Assembly: GCA_031285965.1 (NCBI GenBank)
Contig: JAITVD010000003.1
Coordinates: 9,723 to 41,722 of the forward strand
Length of the DNA: 32,000 nucleotides
Reading direction: 5' to 3'
DNA from: Azoarcus sp.
GTDB lineage: Bacteria > Pseudomonadota > Gammaproteobacteria > Burkholderiales > Rhodocyclaceae
This document shows positions 1 to 8,484 of the stretch, one piece after another. The notes below the pieces were generated by a model. That model did not search any database, was not told the origin of the DNA, and worked only from the letters and a program-made list of their open reading frames with translations. The first letter of the stretch is position 1. Every line of letters starts with the position of its first letter. The translations under genes were made by a program, and so were the position numbers.

Positions 1-1026
1 CCTTGGATCAACAAGTTCTACATCCTTGATTTGCGCGAAAAGAACTCTTTCATCAAGTGGCTCGTCGACCAGGGGCAGACGGTGTTCGTCCTGTCTTGGG
101 TCAACCCGGACGAGCGGCTGGCGGAAAAGACATTTACTTCCTACATGGAAGAAGGCATTTTTTCCGCGCTGGATGCCATCGAAAAGCAGACCGGGGAAAA
201 GGAAGTCAATGCCATTGGCTATTGCCTGGGCGGCACGCTGCTGGCCGCGACGCTTGCGTATCTTGCCGCCAAAAAGAAAAAGCGCATTGCCTCGGCGACT
301 TTTCTCACCACGCTCATCGACTTTTCCGAGCCAGGCGAGCTGGGCGTGTTCATCGACGAGGGGCAGGTCAGCAGCCTCGAAAAGAAAATGTCCATGCGCG
401 GTTTTCTTGAAGGCACCGAGATGGCGGGGACTTTCAACATGCTGCGCGCCAACGACTTGATCTGGTCATTCGTCGTCAATAACTATCTGATGGGCAAAAA
501 CCCGTTCCCATTCGATTTGCTGTACTGGAATTCCGACTCCACCCGCTTGCCCGCGAAGATGCACAGTTTCTATCTTCGGAAGATGTATATGGAGAACAAG
601 CTCGTGGAGCCGGGCGGCATCGAAATCGGCGGGGTGCCGATTGACATTGGCAAAATCAACGTGCCGTGCTTCTTCATTTCCACCGTCGAGGATCATATCG
701 CCCCGTGGAAGAGCACTTACATGGGCGCGGCTCGCTTCAACGTGCCCGTGCGTTTCGTTTTGGGCGGTTCCGGCCATATTGCGGGCATCGTCAATCCGCC
801 CGCTGCCAAAAAGTACGGCTATTTCGTGAACCCTGCGGCGCGGCTTGCCAAGACGGCGGACGAATGGTTCTCGGGTGCTGTGCAGCACGAAGGTTCCTGG
901 TGGGTGGACTGGCAGGAATGGGTTACAGGGCAGGGCAGCGCCCAGACCGACGCGCGCGACCCGTCCAAAGGCGTGCTGAAAGTGCTGGAGGACGCTCCGG
1001 GTTCTTACGTCAAGCTGCGGCTCTGA
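1..1026 (+). CDS. phaC: Class I poly(3-hydroxyalkanoate) synthase PhaC, C-terminal part (5' end lies outside the window)
   Basis: Frame 1 is open from base 1 (PWINKFYILDLREKNSFIKWLVDQGQTVFVLSWVNPD...). It has the lipase-box GYCLGG and the alpha/beta-hydrolase half typical of PhaC. Stop TGA at 1024-1026. Confidence 0.9.
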   Translation, partial: PWINKFYILDLREKNSFIKWLVDQGQTVFVLSWVNPDERLAEKTFTSYMEEGIFSALDAIEKQTGEKEVNAIGYCLGGTLLAATLAYLAAKKKKRIASATFLTTLIDFSEPGELGVFIDEGQVSSLEKKMSMRGFLEGTEMAGTFNMLRANDLIWSFVVNNYLMGKNPFPFDLLYWNSDSTRLPAKMHSFYLRKMYMENKLVEPGGIEIGGVPIDIGKINVPCFFISTVEDHIAPWKSTYMGAARFNVPVRFVLGGSGHIAGIVNPPAAKKYGYFVNPAARLAKTADEWFSGAVQHEGSWWVDWQEWVTGQGSAQTDARDPSKGVLKVLEDAPGSYVKLRL

Positions 1027-1126
1027 CGCTAGCTAATCCGCGCCGCGATTTGCCGCAAAATTTGTTGCGGATGCCTTCATTCCCTCCTGCCTGTAAGCAG
1101 GAGGGAATGTTGTCTAGGCGGTCGGA

Positions 1127-1564
1127 TCAGCGTTTCGGCAGCAGGATTTGCGCTTCGCCGACGGTGACTTCAGCGTCGCCTACCGTGCAAACGGTGGAGA
1201 GCGTCGCGCGCCGCTTGTCGGCTTCAAGAGCCGTAACGGTGACGCGGGTGAGGACGGTGTCGCCGATACGCACCGGCGCTTTGAATTTCACCGATTGCGA
1301 GAGGTAGATCGTGCCGGGGCCGGGCAGTTTGGTGCCGATGACGGTCGAGATGTACGAGACGGAAAGCATCCCATGAGCGATGCGGCCTTTGAACATAGTG
1401 CTGGCCGCGAATTCTTGGTCGACGTGCACCGGATTGGTGTCGCCGGAAACGCCAGCAAAGGCAAGGATGTCGGCTTCTGAAACGGTGCGAGCCATAGAAG
1501 CGGTCTGGCCGACTTTCAGGTCTTCAAAGTTGTAGAGATAGGCTTCGGAAAAATCGCGTGGCAT
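1127..1564 (-). CDS. phaJ: MaoC-like (R)-specific enoyl-CoA hydratase (PhaJ-type hot-dog fold)
   Basis: MPRDFSEAYLYNFEDLKVGQ...SGDTNPVHVDQEFAA...GRIAHGML is the MaoC dehydratase signature. I chose the ATG at 1564, which has an AGGAG about 8 nt upstream on the minus strand, over the longer track ORF start at 1621. Confidence 0.8.
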   Translation of the reverse strand: MPRDFSEAYLYNFEDLKVGQTASMARTVSEADILAFAGVSGDTNPVHVDQEFAASTMFKGRIAHGMLSVSYISTVIGTKLPGPGTIYLSQSVKFKAPVRIGDTVLTRVTVTALEADKRRATLSTVCTVGDAEVTVGEAQILLPKR

Positions 1565-1670
1565 GTTGGTGCTCCTTTTTATGGGTGATTTTCCGGCGTC
1601 GCGCCGGAAGTGGGTAAGCATAGCGCATCAACGCCTCGACGGAAAACCAGCCGCGTCAATCGGCAAAGAA

Positions 1671-1706
1671 AAACAAAAAGGCGAACCATGTGGTTCGCCT
1701 TTTGGA
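1671..1706 (-). terminator. Intrinsic terminator downstream of rpmG (bidirectional shape)
   Basis: Perfect hairpin GGCGAACCA-TG-TGGTTCGCC at 1680-1699, flanked by an A-run upstream and a T-run downstream on the + strand, so a U-tract follows the stem on either strand. Confidence 0.55.
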
Positions 1707-1760
1707 AGAAACCCAGCAGATTTCAAAAACCCGCGCAGCGCAAGAGGCTCGCGGCTTTTC

Positions 1761-1931
1761 TTATCTCAGCTTGATTTCCTTGTACAGCACATGCTTGCGG
1801 GCGACCGGGTCGTATTTCTTGAATTCGAGCTTCTCGGGTGTCGTGCGCTTGTTTTTGGATGTCGTGTAGAAGTGACCCGTGCCAGCAGTCGATTCCAGTT
1901 TGATTTTTTCGCGTCCGCCTTTGGAAGCCAT
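1761..1931 (-). CDS. rpmG: 50S ribosomal protein L33
   Basis: Not in the ORF track because it is 56 aa. My translation of the minus strand is [56 protein letters not shown], a canonical L33, lying immediately downstream of rpmB. Confidence 0.95.
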   Translation of the reverse strand: MASKGGREKIKLESTAGTGHFYTTSKNKRTTPEKLEFKKYDPVARKHVLYKEIKLR

Positions 1932-1953
1932 GACCGTCTCCGTTCAAATAAAG

Positions 1954-2190
1954 TTAGATTTTCTCGCCGCGCTCGCGCAGCTCGCTGACAACGGCATCGA
2001 TGCCTTTCTTGTCGATGGTGCGCAGGGCCGCGTTGGTGACGCGCAGGCTGATCCAGCGGTTTTCGGCTTCAGACCAGAAGCGGCGGTTTTGCAGGTTGGG
2101 AAGAAAACGGCGCTTGGTTTTATTGTGGGCGTGGGAGATGTTGTTTCCCGACATTGGTTTTTTGCCAGTGACTTGGCAGACGCGAGCCAT
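1954..2190 (-). CDS. rpmB: 50S ribosomal protein L28
   Basis: [34 protein letters not shown]... is a canonical L28. The rpmB-rpmG pair is conserved. Confidence 0.95.
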   Translation of the reverse strand: MARVCQVTGKKPMSGNNISHAHNKTKRRFLPNLQNRRFWSEAENRWISLRVTNAALRTIDKKGIDAVVSELRERGEKI

Positions 2191-2247
2191 AATGTGCTCC
2201 TGAAAATGAGCTTGCTAAAACGAGCGATTCTAGCCTAGACCAGAGAA

Positions 2248-2925
2248 TCATAGCAAGCCCTGTTCCGCAAATGACAACGGTTCGCCGTGCGCGGGGACGA
2301 TGAAGTGGTCAAGCACTTTCACATCGACCAGCGCGAGGGCGTTGCGCAGGTCTCGCGTGATGAGTTTGTCCGCGCCGCTGGGTTCTCGCGCCCCGGAAGG
2401 GTGGTTGTGCGCAAGAATGACGGAGGCGGCATTGCGGTGCAGGGCGAGCTTGACGACTTCCCGTGGGTAGACGCTGGTTTGGTTCAGCGTGCCGCGAAAG
2501 AGGTCGACGGCTTCGATTAGTCGGTGGCGGACATCCAGCAGCAGGACGCAGAAAGTCTCGTAGGGAAGATGGGAGATGCGAAGTTGCAGCCAGTTTTTAA
2601 GATCGGCGGGCGACTCGAACAGGATGCCTTCCGTCAGGCGTTCGGCGAGGGCGCGGCGAGCCAGTTCCATCACCGCCTGTAGTTGGGCATACTTCGCCAG
2701 CCCCATGCCGGGAATCGAGGAAAATTCATCTGCGGAAGCGTTGCACAGCCGATTGACTTTGCCAAATTGGCTGAGCAGGGTTCGGGCGAGATCGACGGCG
2801 CTTTGGCCTTTTATGCCGACGCGCAGGAAAATTGCAAGCAGTTCGGCATCGGTGAGCGCCTGCGCACCCCGCGCAAGCAGTTTTTCACGCGGGCGCTCGT
2901 CTGTGGGCCAGTCGGTGATTGCCAT
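2248..2925 (-). CDS. radC: RadC-family JAB/MPN domain protein (UPF0758)
   Basis: N-terminal [23 protein letters not shown] HhH region and C-terminal HNHPSG..EPS..D JAMM motif. Divergent from coaBC, as in many proteobacteria. Confidence 0.9.
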   Translation of the reverse strand: MAITDWPTDERPREKLLARGAQALTDAELLAIFLRVGIKGQSAVDLARTLLSQFGKVNRLCNASADEFSSIPGMGLAKYAQLQAVMELARRALAERLTEGILFESPADLKNWLQLRISHLPYETFCVLLLDVRHRLIEAVDLFRGTLNQTSVYPREVVKLALHRNAASVILAHNHPSGAREPSGADKLITRDLRNALALVDVKVLDHFIVPAHGEPLSFAEQGLL

Positions 2926-2947
2926 GACATAAGGGTTGGAGAAAAGA

Positions 2948-4159
2948 ATGTTGGATTATACGCACGTCATTGATGGGTTGCGTGGACGCAAAATTGTATT
3001 GGGCGTGAGCGGCGGCATCGCGGCATACAAGGCCGCCGAGCTTGCGCGCGCGCTTAAGCGCCTCGGGGCGGATGTCCATGCGGTGCTGACCGAAGCAGGC
3101 GCGAGTTTCGTGACGCCGCTCACTTTTGAGGCTCTGTCCGGCAACCGCGCATGGACGGCGCTTCAGGAAGAAGGCGCGAAAGGCGGGATGCCGCACATCA
3201 TCCTCGGACGTGGCATCGATGCCATTCTCGTAGCGCCCGCCAGCGCCAATTTCATCGCCCGTCTGGCGACGGGGTTCGCCAATGACCTGCTTTCAACGCT
3301 TTGTCTTGCGCGGGAATGCCCTTTGTTCGTCGCACCCGCGATGAACCGCCAGATGTGGGAGAACCCGGCGACCCAGCGTAACATCGCCACGCTTGCCGCC
3401 GATGGCATTGCCATCCTCGGTCCCGCTGCGGGCGAACAGGCTTGCGGCGAAACCGGACTGGGTCGGATGCTGGAACCCGATGCGCTGTGCGACGCGCTGC
3501 TCGCTTTCTTCGCGCCCAAGCTGCTAGCCGGGCGCAAGGTGGTTCTGACGGCGGGGCCAACTTTTGAGGCCATCGACCCGGTGCGGGGCATCACTAATGC
3601 CAGTTCGGGAAAGATGGGCTATGCGCTGGCGGCGGCTTGCGCCCGCGCCGGCGCTGAGGTAGTGCTCGTGAGCGGCTCCGTAGCGTTGCCTTTGCCTGCG
3701 GGCGTCCAGCGTGTTTTTGCCACAAGCGCCCTGCAAATGCGCGAAGAAGTCTTTGCGGCCATTCCCGGCGCGGATGTGTTCATCGCGGTCGCGGCGGTGG
3801 CGGATTACCGTCCTGTGGAAACGGCTCTGCACAAAATCAAGAAATCGGGCGAACCCGTCCATCTAGAATTCGTCCCTAATCCTGACATCCTTGCCGAAGT
3901 CGCTGCTTTGCCGCAGCCACCGTTCTGCGTGGGCTTTGCCGCTGAGAGCCGCGACCTCGATGCCTATGCCGAAGGCAAGCGGCGCGCCAAGCGCCTGCCT
4001 ATGCTGGTTGGCAACCTGCTGGCCGATGGGCTGGGCGGCGACGAAAACACCGTTGTCATCTACGATGATGAAGGTCGGCATCCATTGCCGCGCGCGCCCA
4101 AAGCCTTTGTTGCGCGGCAGATCGTCGAGCGCATTGCCAACCTGTTGCCCGCGAACTGA
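2948..4159 (+). CDS. coaBC: Bifunctional phosphopantothenoylcysteine decarboxylase / phosphopantothenate-cysteine ligase
   Basis: [17 protein letters not shown] flavoprotein motif, PAMN..MW, and a C-terminal CoaB half (ITN.SSGKMG). I preferred the ATG at 2948, with GGAG 6-7 nt upstream, over the TTG at 2936 used by the track. Confidence 0.9.
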   Translation: MLDYTHVIDGLRGRKIVLGVSGGIAAYKAAELARALKRLGADVHAVLTEAGASFVTPLTFEALSGNRAWTALQEEGAKGGMPHIILGRGIDAILVAPASANFIARLATGFANDLLSTLCLARECPLFVAPAMNRQMWENPATQRNIATLAADGIAILGPAAGEQACGETGLGRMLEPDALCDALLAFFAPKLLAGRKVVLTAGPTFEAIDPVRGITNASSGKMGYALAAACARAGAEVVLVSGSVALPLPAGVQRVFATSALQMREEVFAAIPGADVFIAVAAVADYRPVETALHKIKKSGEPVHLEFVPNPDILAEVAALPQPPFCVGFAAESRDLDAYAEGKRRAKRLPMLVGNLLADGLGGDENTVVIYDDEGRHPLPRAPKAFVARQIVERIANLLPAN

Positions 4160-4185
4160 ATCGAATCCATTTCTGGAGAAAAAAC

Positions 4186-4635
4186 ATGCACCGTATCGAC
4201 ATCAAATTGCTCGATTCCCGTCTGTGCACCCAGCCGCCCGCCTACGCCACATCCGGCTCTGCCGGTCTTGACCTGCGCGCCTGTCTGGAAGCGCCCGTCA
4301 CATTGCGTCCAGGCGAAACCGCGCTGGTTCCCAGCGGCATTGCCCTCCATCTTGCGGATTCCGGTCTGGCGGCGATTGTGCTGCCGCGCTCAGGGCTTGG
4401 GCACAAGCACGGCATCGTGCTCGGCAATCTGGTCGGGCTGATTGACTCTGATTACCAAGGGCAAGTCATGGTTTCCGTATGGAATCGCGGCAGCGAGGCG
4501 TTCACCATCACGCCGATGGAGCGCATCGCGCAACTGGTCGTCGTACCCGTCGTTCAGGCCGGATTCAATATCGTCGATGAATTCGCCGCCAGCGAGCGCG
4601 GCGAAGACGGCTTTGGCAGCACAGGCAAGCATTGA
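4186..4635 (+). CDS. dut: dUTP diphosphatase
   Basis: IDIKLLD...[13 protein letters not shown]...[38 protein letters not shown] are the canonical dUTPase motifs. The coaBC-dut synteny is conserved. Confidence 0.95.
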   Translation: MHRIDIKLLDSRLCTQPPAYATSGSAGLDLRACLEAPVTLRPGETALVPSGIALHLADSGLAAIVLPRSGLGHKHGIVLGNLVGLIDSDYQGQVMVSVWNRGSEAFTITPMERIAQLVVVPVVQAGFNIVDEFAASERGEDGFGSTGKH

Positions 4636-4651
4636 ACGTGAACAGGAGCGG

Positions 4652-5095
4652 ATGATGGCGGCACATGCGGGCATTCCTACTGGTGTGCATGTCCTGTGCG
4701 AGCGCGAAGGTCGCGTCCTGCTGCTGCGGCGGGCGGGAACCGGGTTTTTTGATGGCCTCTACAGCTTACCGGGCGGGCACATCGAGCAGGGCGAATCTGT
4801 TTTTCAGGCGGCGGTGCGGGAACTGGAAGAAGAAACCGGCTTACGAGCCAGCCCCGCCGATCTCGGCTGGCTCGGCATCATCCATCGGCACTCGGACACC
4901 AACCGGATTGACTTCTTTTTACGCGCCCGCAACTGGCAGGGCGAACCCATCCTGCGTGAGCCAGACAAATGCAGCGGCATGGGGTGGTTTGCGCGTGACG
5001 GTTTGCCGCCGGAAATCGTGCCGTATGTGAAAGCGGCACTGGATGCTGGAGAATGCGCGGGGGAGGGAGGATGGATGCTGGAACTGGGATGGTAA
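4652..5095 (+). CDS. Nudix hydrolase
   Basis: Nudix box GGHIEQGESVFQAAVRELEEETGL. ATG at 4652 with AGGAG at 4644-4648. The longer track ORF from 4442 overlaps dut and is not needed. Confidence 0.8.
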   Translation: MMAAHAGIPTGVHVLCEREGRVLLLRRAGTGFFDGLYSLPGGHIEQGESVFQAAVRELEEETGLRASPADLGWLGIIHRHSDTNRIDFFLRARNWQGEPILREPDKCSGMGWFARDGLPPEIVPYVKAALDAGECAGEGGWMLELGW

Positions 5096-5257
5096 GCGGC
5101 CTTGCGCACGATACCAGCGTTTCCATGCCCGATCTTTTATGCAAGTTGGAAACGTCGTCCGTCCGCTGATTTGATCTAATAAAAAAATTTTTGTTTTTTT
5201 GGTGTAAATGGGAAGAAAAACCGCGATAATCGCGCCCCACAATCCCTCATCAGTCTC

Positions 5258-5334
5258 GCGCCCGTAGCTCAGCTGGATAGAGTACTGCCCTCCGAAGGCA
5301 GGGGTCGTGCGTTCGAATCGCGCCGGGCGCGCCA
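5258..5334 (+). tRNA. tRNA-Arg (anticodon CCG)
   Basis: The cloverleaf folds by hand: acceptor GCGCCCG/CGGGCGC, D-arm GCTC AGCTGGATA GAGT, anticodon stem CTGCC/GGCAG with loop CTCCGAA, T-arm GTGCG TTCGAAT CGCGC, and an encoded CCA. Confidence 0.9.
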
Positions 5335-5637
5335 GTCTTTTCCGCCGTCGCCTTGCATGGCGGCGCTGAGCATGAGCGCAACGCGCTCCCATGTTGCCCG
5401 CCCCCGTTCCGTCTTTGCGCGTGCGGCGGCGCACTCGGCCATAATCTCCGGTTTTTCAAGCAGTTCCGCCAGTGCAGCGGCTTGGTCTTCATCCGGTGAT
5501 CTTTCTGCATTTCTCCATCTGGATACTGTTGCTTGGGCAATTTTTAGTCTTTTTGCAATTTCAGCATCATTTTTAATAATGCCATTGTCTTTTGCTTCAT
5601 CGAGGTAGAGGCGAATTTTTTTCATGATGTTGTCCAA
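5269..5637 (-). CDS. Phage HTH transcriptional regulator (putative repressor). Its 3' end overlaps attL and tRNA-Arg.
   Basis: Helix-turn-helix segment NDAEIAKRLKIAQATVSRWRNAE near the N-terminus. It sits at the prophage end, opposite in orientation to the structural genes. The last ~24 codons are read antisense through the att core and tRNA. Confidence 0.6.
   Translation of the reverse strand: MDNIMKKIRLYLDEAKDNGIIKNDAEIAKRLKIAQATVSRWRNAERSPDEDQAAALAELLEKPEIMAECAAARAKTERGRATWERVALMLSAAMQGDGGKDWRARRDSNARPLPSEGSTLSS
5311..5341. repeat. attL core: 31-bp perfect direct repeat (3' end of tRNA-Arg plus 7 nt)
   Basis: GTTCGAATCGCGCCGGGCGCGCCAGTCTTTT is identical at 5311-5341 and 14577-14607. Confidence 0.85.
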
Positions 5638-5650
5638 GTTGTATACGTAG

Positions 5651-5715
5651 TTTCCGATATTGTTACCAGATTGACAAGTTATTTCCAGATTGGTAAGTTT
5701 TTACTATATCGGTAA
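5651..5715. promoter_or_regulatory. Operator-like repeat cluster upstream of the HTH regulator gene
   Basis: Direct repeats CCAGATTGACAAGTT (5666-5680) and CCAGATTGGTAAGTT (5685-5699), bracketed by inverted CCGATAT / ATATCGG copies at about 5654-5660 and 5706-5712. A TTGACA lies inside the first repeat. Confidence 0.35.
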
Positions 5716-5718
5716 TTT

Positions 5719-6267
5719 CTATGGTTTATCGTAGTGACTCCAGTCTTGTCGGTCATCCGTTTTAGTTGTGATAGCAGGCGTTTTACTGTCCTGCTGTTTC
5801 CCCGCTTTATCGTGGAAAAAATCGTTCCTGATTTCTTCCACGGTCGGCAGGTTGGCGGCGTGGTACTCGATCAGTCTTATTTCTGCGGATTTAAGGGCAT
5901 TACGCTTGAATTTGTCGCTGCGCCGTCTGTCGGGTCTGTCATGTGTCTTGTCCTGCAACTCGATTGCGGAGACGACGCTGAAATCCTTGTTGCATATAAG
6001 AAAATCTACGCTTTTCATAAGAATTTTGTTAAGGGCAGCTTGTCTTGCCTTGCCGTTAGTCCTGATGCCCAGAAAGGCGCTCATTTGGGTTTAAGGCAAA
6101 ACGATGAATTCCGGCAAGGCTTCTTTTATTTTGTAATACAAAATCTGCTCTGTTTTTGTCATTACGTTTTTCGCTGTGTAGTGCAGTTTTTGGTTTTTGC
6201 CTATCCGTGCCGCAAGAATGGCCAGGACAATACAAAGCACGGCAAGGGCAATCAAAATGTTTGTCAT
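5719..6267 (-). pseudogene. DUF2726 (restriction-endonuclease-like fold) membrane-anchored protein gene interrupted by an in-frame TAA
   Basis: I translated codon by codon on the minus strand. The result is MTNILIALAVLCIVLAILAARIGKNQKLHYTAKNVMTKTEQILYYKIKEALPEFIVLP, then TAA at 6091-6093, then TQMSAFLGIRTNGKARQAALNKILMKSVDFLICNKDFSVVSAIELQDKTHDRPDRRRSDKF..., all in one frame. The N-terminal TM helix plus the VDFlic...aIELqD core matches my memory of DUF2726 architecture. Confidence 0.6.
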
Positions 6268-6326
6268 AACGGTTTTCCTATGTGCGCTGGGTGGCTATGA
6301 TGTTTATGGCGGCTCATCATACGCAC

Positions 6327-6364
6327 AAAATCCCCTCACGCGCCCCAGCGCGTGAGGGGATTTT
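6327..6364. other. Long perfect hairpin (16-bp stem) in the divergent intergenic region upstream of the phage rep gene
   Basis: AAAATCCCCTCACGCG-CCCCAG-CGCGTGAGGGGATTTT. No gene ends here, so a plain terminator role is not obvious. Confidence 0.7.
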
Positions 6365-6412
6365 GCTATGTGATTTTCATTTTTTTAATAGTGTAGCCGC
6401 AAAAAATTTTTT

Positions 6413-6458
6413 TTCGTTCGGTCACTGTAGCACCGAACGAACGTGCAATGGGTTGCAC
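6413..6458. other. Two further hairpins next to an A/T tract, just upstream of rep (candidate origin region)
   Basis: 10-bp stem TTCGTTCGGT/ACCGAACGAA (6413-6441) and 6-bp stem GTGCAA/TTGCAC (6443-6458), preceded by A6T8 at 6401-6414. Confidence 0.5.
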
Positions 6459-6522
6459 AGCTTTCCAAAAACCGCCTTTTTTTTGCCGCTGGTTTTTCCG
6501 GCACGGCACTGGGAGCTTCCCG

Positions 6523-7761
6523 ATGGCGATTGACACGGTAAAGCTGCGCTCCCCGGTGATTGACGAGGGCACGGCATGGATGCTGGAGCAGAAGTGCATC
6601 CTGCGGCAAGGCGTCCAGTTGGAAACGGGGCATGTGCTGTACGAGATCACCACGGGCGAGTTGGAAGGCTCCTTTGATTCCCGGATTATGTTCCGTGTGA
6701 TGCGCGATGACTGGGTGGTGGGGCCGGATGGGCGTGTCTGCCAGATGCCGTGTTTGCCTTTCGTCATTGTCGAGTGCTCATGGCACAAGTTTTTCTACGG
6801 TCAGAATGTGCATGGCGGCCCAGTGGATTTTCCGGTGGTGGCTGGGCTTTTCGTCAATCTGCTGGGCGAAATCATGGCGAATGACCATGAGATTTTCCAT
6901 GATGCAGCCAAGTGGGAGGTGCGGTGCGTGGACTGGGCTGAAATGTTCCATATTTCGCCAGAGGGGCAGAGGGAGTTTTTCCGCTCGTTCCGCGACGTGC
7001 ATTACCCGCGTCGGGCGAGGATGGAAGCGAAGTATGCCACGGCGATTCACTATCCCGGCAAGTCGACCACGTTCAGGGCGTATTCAAAGGGGCCGGAGTT
7101 TCTTCGCCACGGGGCGGCGGTGCTGCGCCGTGCGCTGTATGCGGTGCATATGGCGAGAAGCCGGAAGGCGGCGAATCCTTCCAAAGGTGTTTTCTTGTCG
7201 GCTCGGGATGAGCGGGCAATTAACCGCAAAGTGAAAGCGGTTCAGAAGCTGGCGGATTGGCGGCTGCGCGTGGAGGTGCAGATAAATGCCAAAAAACTGC
7301 AATACGACTTTAAGGGAAACTTCCCGAAGGTGTCCGAGATAACGGATGGTTACCTGATCTCCGTATACGAGGAACAGGTTTACAGACTTTTTAGAGAGGG
7401 ACGTTCCCAAATGGAGACTATTCGCACCTATGACCGGGTAAAGGCTCGGCTGAATTCCTGCTATGGCAAGCAGTCTGCAAATTCCCTGCTGGCGTTTTGG
7501 CTCCAGTATTCCATGCGCGGCGAGGAAGCCATAAAACAGGAATATGCCCTGCGCACTTTTTATTACAACAGGAAGAGGCTTGTGGATGCGGGCGTGTCGT
7601 GGAACCAGACGGACGTTTTCATCGTTCCGCAGGACACGGCGCTTCCACGGGATTTTGTCCCGCTACCTTCGGATGTCCGCAGGTGCTCGGGTCGCGTATC
7701 GGCTAATTCCGTCTTTAAGTTCTGTCCGGTGGAGCAGTACCGGCTTCTTAATGCGGCATAA
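6523..7761 (+). CDS. Filamentous-phage replication initiation protein (pII-like rolling-circle initiator)
   Basis: The N-terminus MAIDTVKLRSPVIDEG resembles the M13 gII start MIDMLVLRLPFIDS. The size (412 aa) and position at the head of the phage operon fit. ATG at 6523 with GGGAG at 6511-6515; the track start at 6448 is an alternative. Confidence 0.65.
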   Translation: MAIDTVKLRSPVIDEGTAWMLEQKCILRQGVQLETGHVLYEITTGELEGSFDSRIMFRVMRDDWVVGPDGRVCQMPCLPFVIVECSWHKFFYGQNVHGGPVDFPVVAGLFVNLLGEIMANDHEIFHDAAKWEVRCVDWAEMFHISPEGQREFFRSFRDVHYPRRARMEAKYATAIHYPGKSTTFRAYSKGPEFLRHGAAVLRRALYAVHMARSRKAANPSKGVFLSARDERAINRKVKAVQKLADWRLRVEVQINAKKLQYDFKGNFPKVSEITDGYLISVYEEQVYRLFREGRSQMETIRTYDRVKARLNSCYGKQSANSLLAFWLQYSMRGEEAIKQEYALRTFYYNRKRLVDAGVSWNQTDVFIVPQDTALPRDFVPLPSDVRRCSGRVSANSVFKFCPVEQYRLLNAA

Positions 7762-7774
7762 GGCCGCTTTTTTT
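7753..7774 (+). terminator. Weak terminator or attenuator-like hairpin overlapping the rep stop codon
   Basis: GCGGC-ATAAG-GCCGC followed by T7. The stem is only 5 bp. Confidence 0.3.
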
Positions 7775-7787
7775 GGAGTAATGGGAA

Positions 7788-8132
7788 ATGAGCGAAGTTT
7801 CCAATAGCAAAATTGAAAAGCCAAAGACATATACCCTGCCCATAGGACAGGCATATATCAGGGGGCGTATTTCTTCATTTCGCAAGCAGAGGGTTCAGGA
7901 TAGGGGGCTTTTGTTTTTTTCCATCCTCCGTATCCCCGCCGTAGACGAGTATAGCTTTCCCGGCACGGTTGAACTGACAAGCTCTTCGATGCTCGGGCAA
8001 ATCGGCGTTGACTGGGAAGGCTTTGTCGAGATTACGGGGATGGGAAATAACTTTGAGACGAAACCCGACCCCCATACGGGGGAAGTGACCCAGGTCAGGA
8101 GCGCCCGTAACTGGCTGCGCGTCGTCGAGTGA
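7788..8132 (+). CDS. Hypothetical phage protein in the position of the ssDNA-binding protein (gV-like by synteny only)
   Basis: 114 aa, directly after rep and before the coat genes, GGAG 9 nt upstream. I recognised no motif. Confidence 0.35.
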   Translation: MSEVSNSKIEKPKTYTLPIGQAYIRGRISSFRKQRVQDRGLLFFSILRIPAVDEYSFPGTVELTSSSMLGQIGVDWEGFVEITGMGNNFETKPDPHTGEVTQVRSARNWLRVVE

Positions 8133-8133
8133 C

Positions 8134-8427
8134 TTGATGGCTGCGGGCTGCTACGCCGCGTCCGGGCAACTGGTCGGCATGTATTCCGCCTCCGGGCAGT
8201 TGATCGGAATTTTTTCGGATTCACAGGCTCGATGTGCAGAAGTGCGCATGCCCGTTGCGGACTATCGGGCTGTCTTGGCCTCTGGCGCGGGGGCGGGCGG
8301 CGATGCGGGGGAAATTGACTATTCCAGCGGTGGCGCTGTTTTCGGTTTCTTTTTTAGCGTGACAGTGGGGCTTTGGTTTTTGGCGAAGTGCGCAGGAGTT
8401 GTTTTGCAGGCTATTCGCCGTTTCTGA
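8134..8427 (+). CDS. Phage membrane protein with a coat-protein-like C-terminal helix
   Basis: The C-terminus GGAVFGFFFSVTVGLWFLAKCAGVVLQAIRRF parallels the major coat C-terminus (..ATLAGIYITWKAAGLVLRAIRGL). It contains an internal tandem ASGQLVGMYS/ASGQLIGIFS. Start is TTG 8134 or ATG 8137. Confidence 0.45.
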   Translation: MMAAGCYAASGQLVGMYSASGQLIGIFSDSQARCAEVRMPVADYRAVLASGAGAGGDAGEIDYSSGGAVFGFFFSVTVGLWFLAKCAGVVLQAIRRF

Positions 8428-8484
8428 TTTCGGGACTTTCCTGAAAGGCGTTTCCGGGCGCTTCCCGGTTTTTGGAGTGTTGTC

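Noticed and set aside
5178-5237. Promoter for tRNA-Arg (GATAAT at 5225-5230 with an upstream A/T tract)
   Set aside because: The -10 and the GC-rich discriminator look plausible, but no acceptable -35 lies at 16-18 nt spacing, so it is not reported as a feature.
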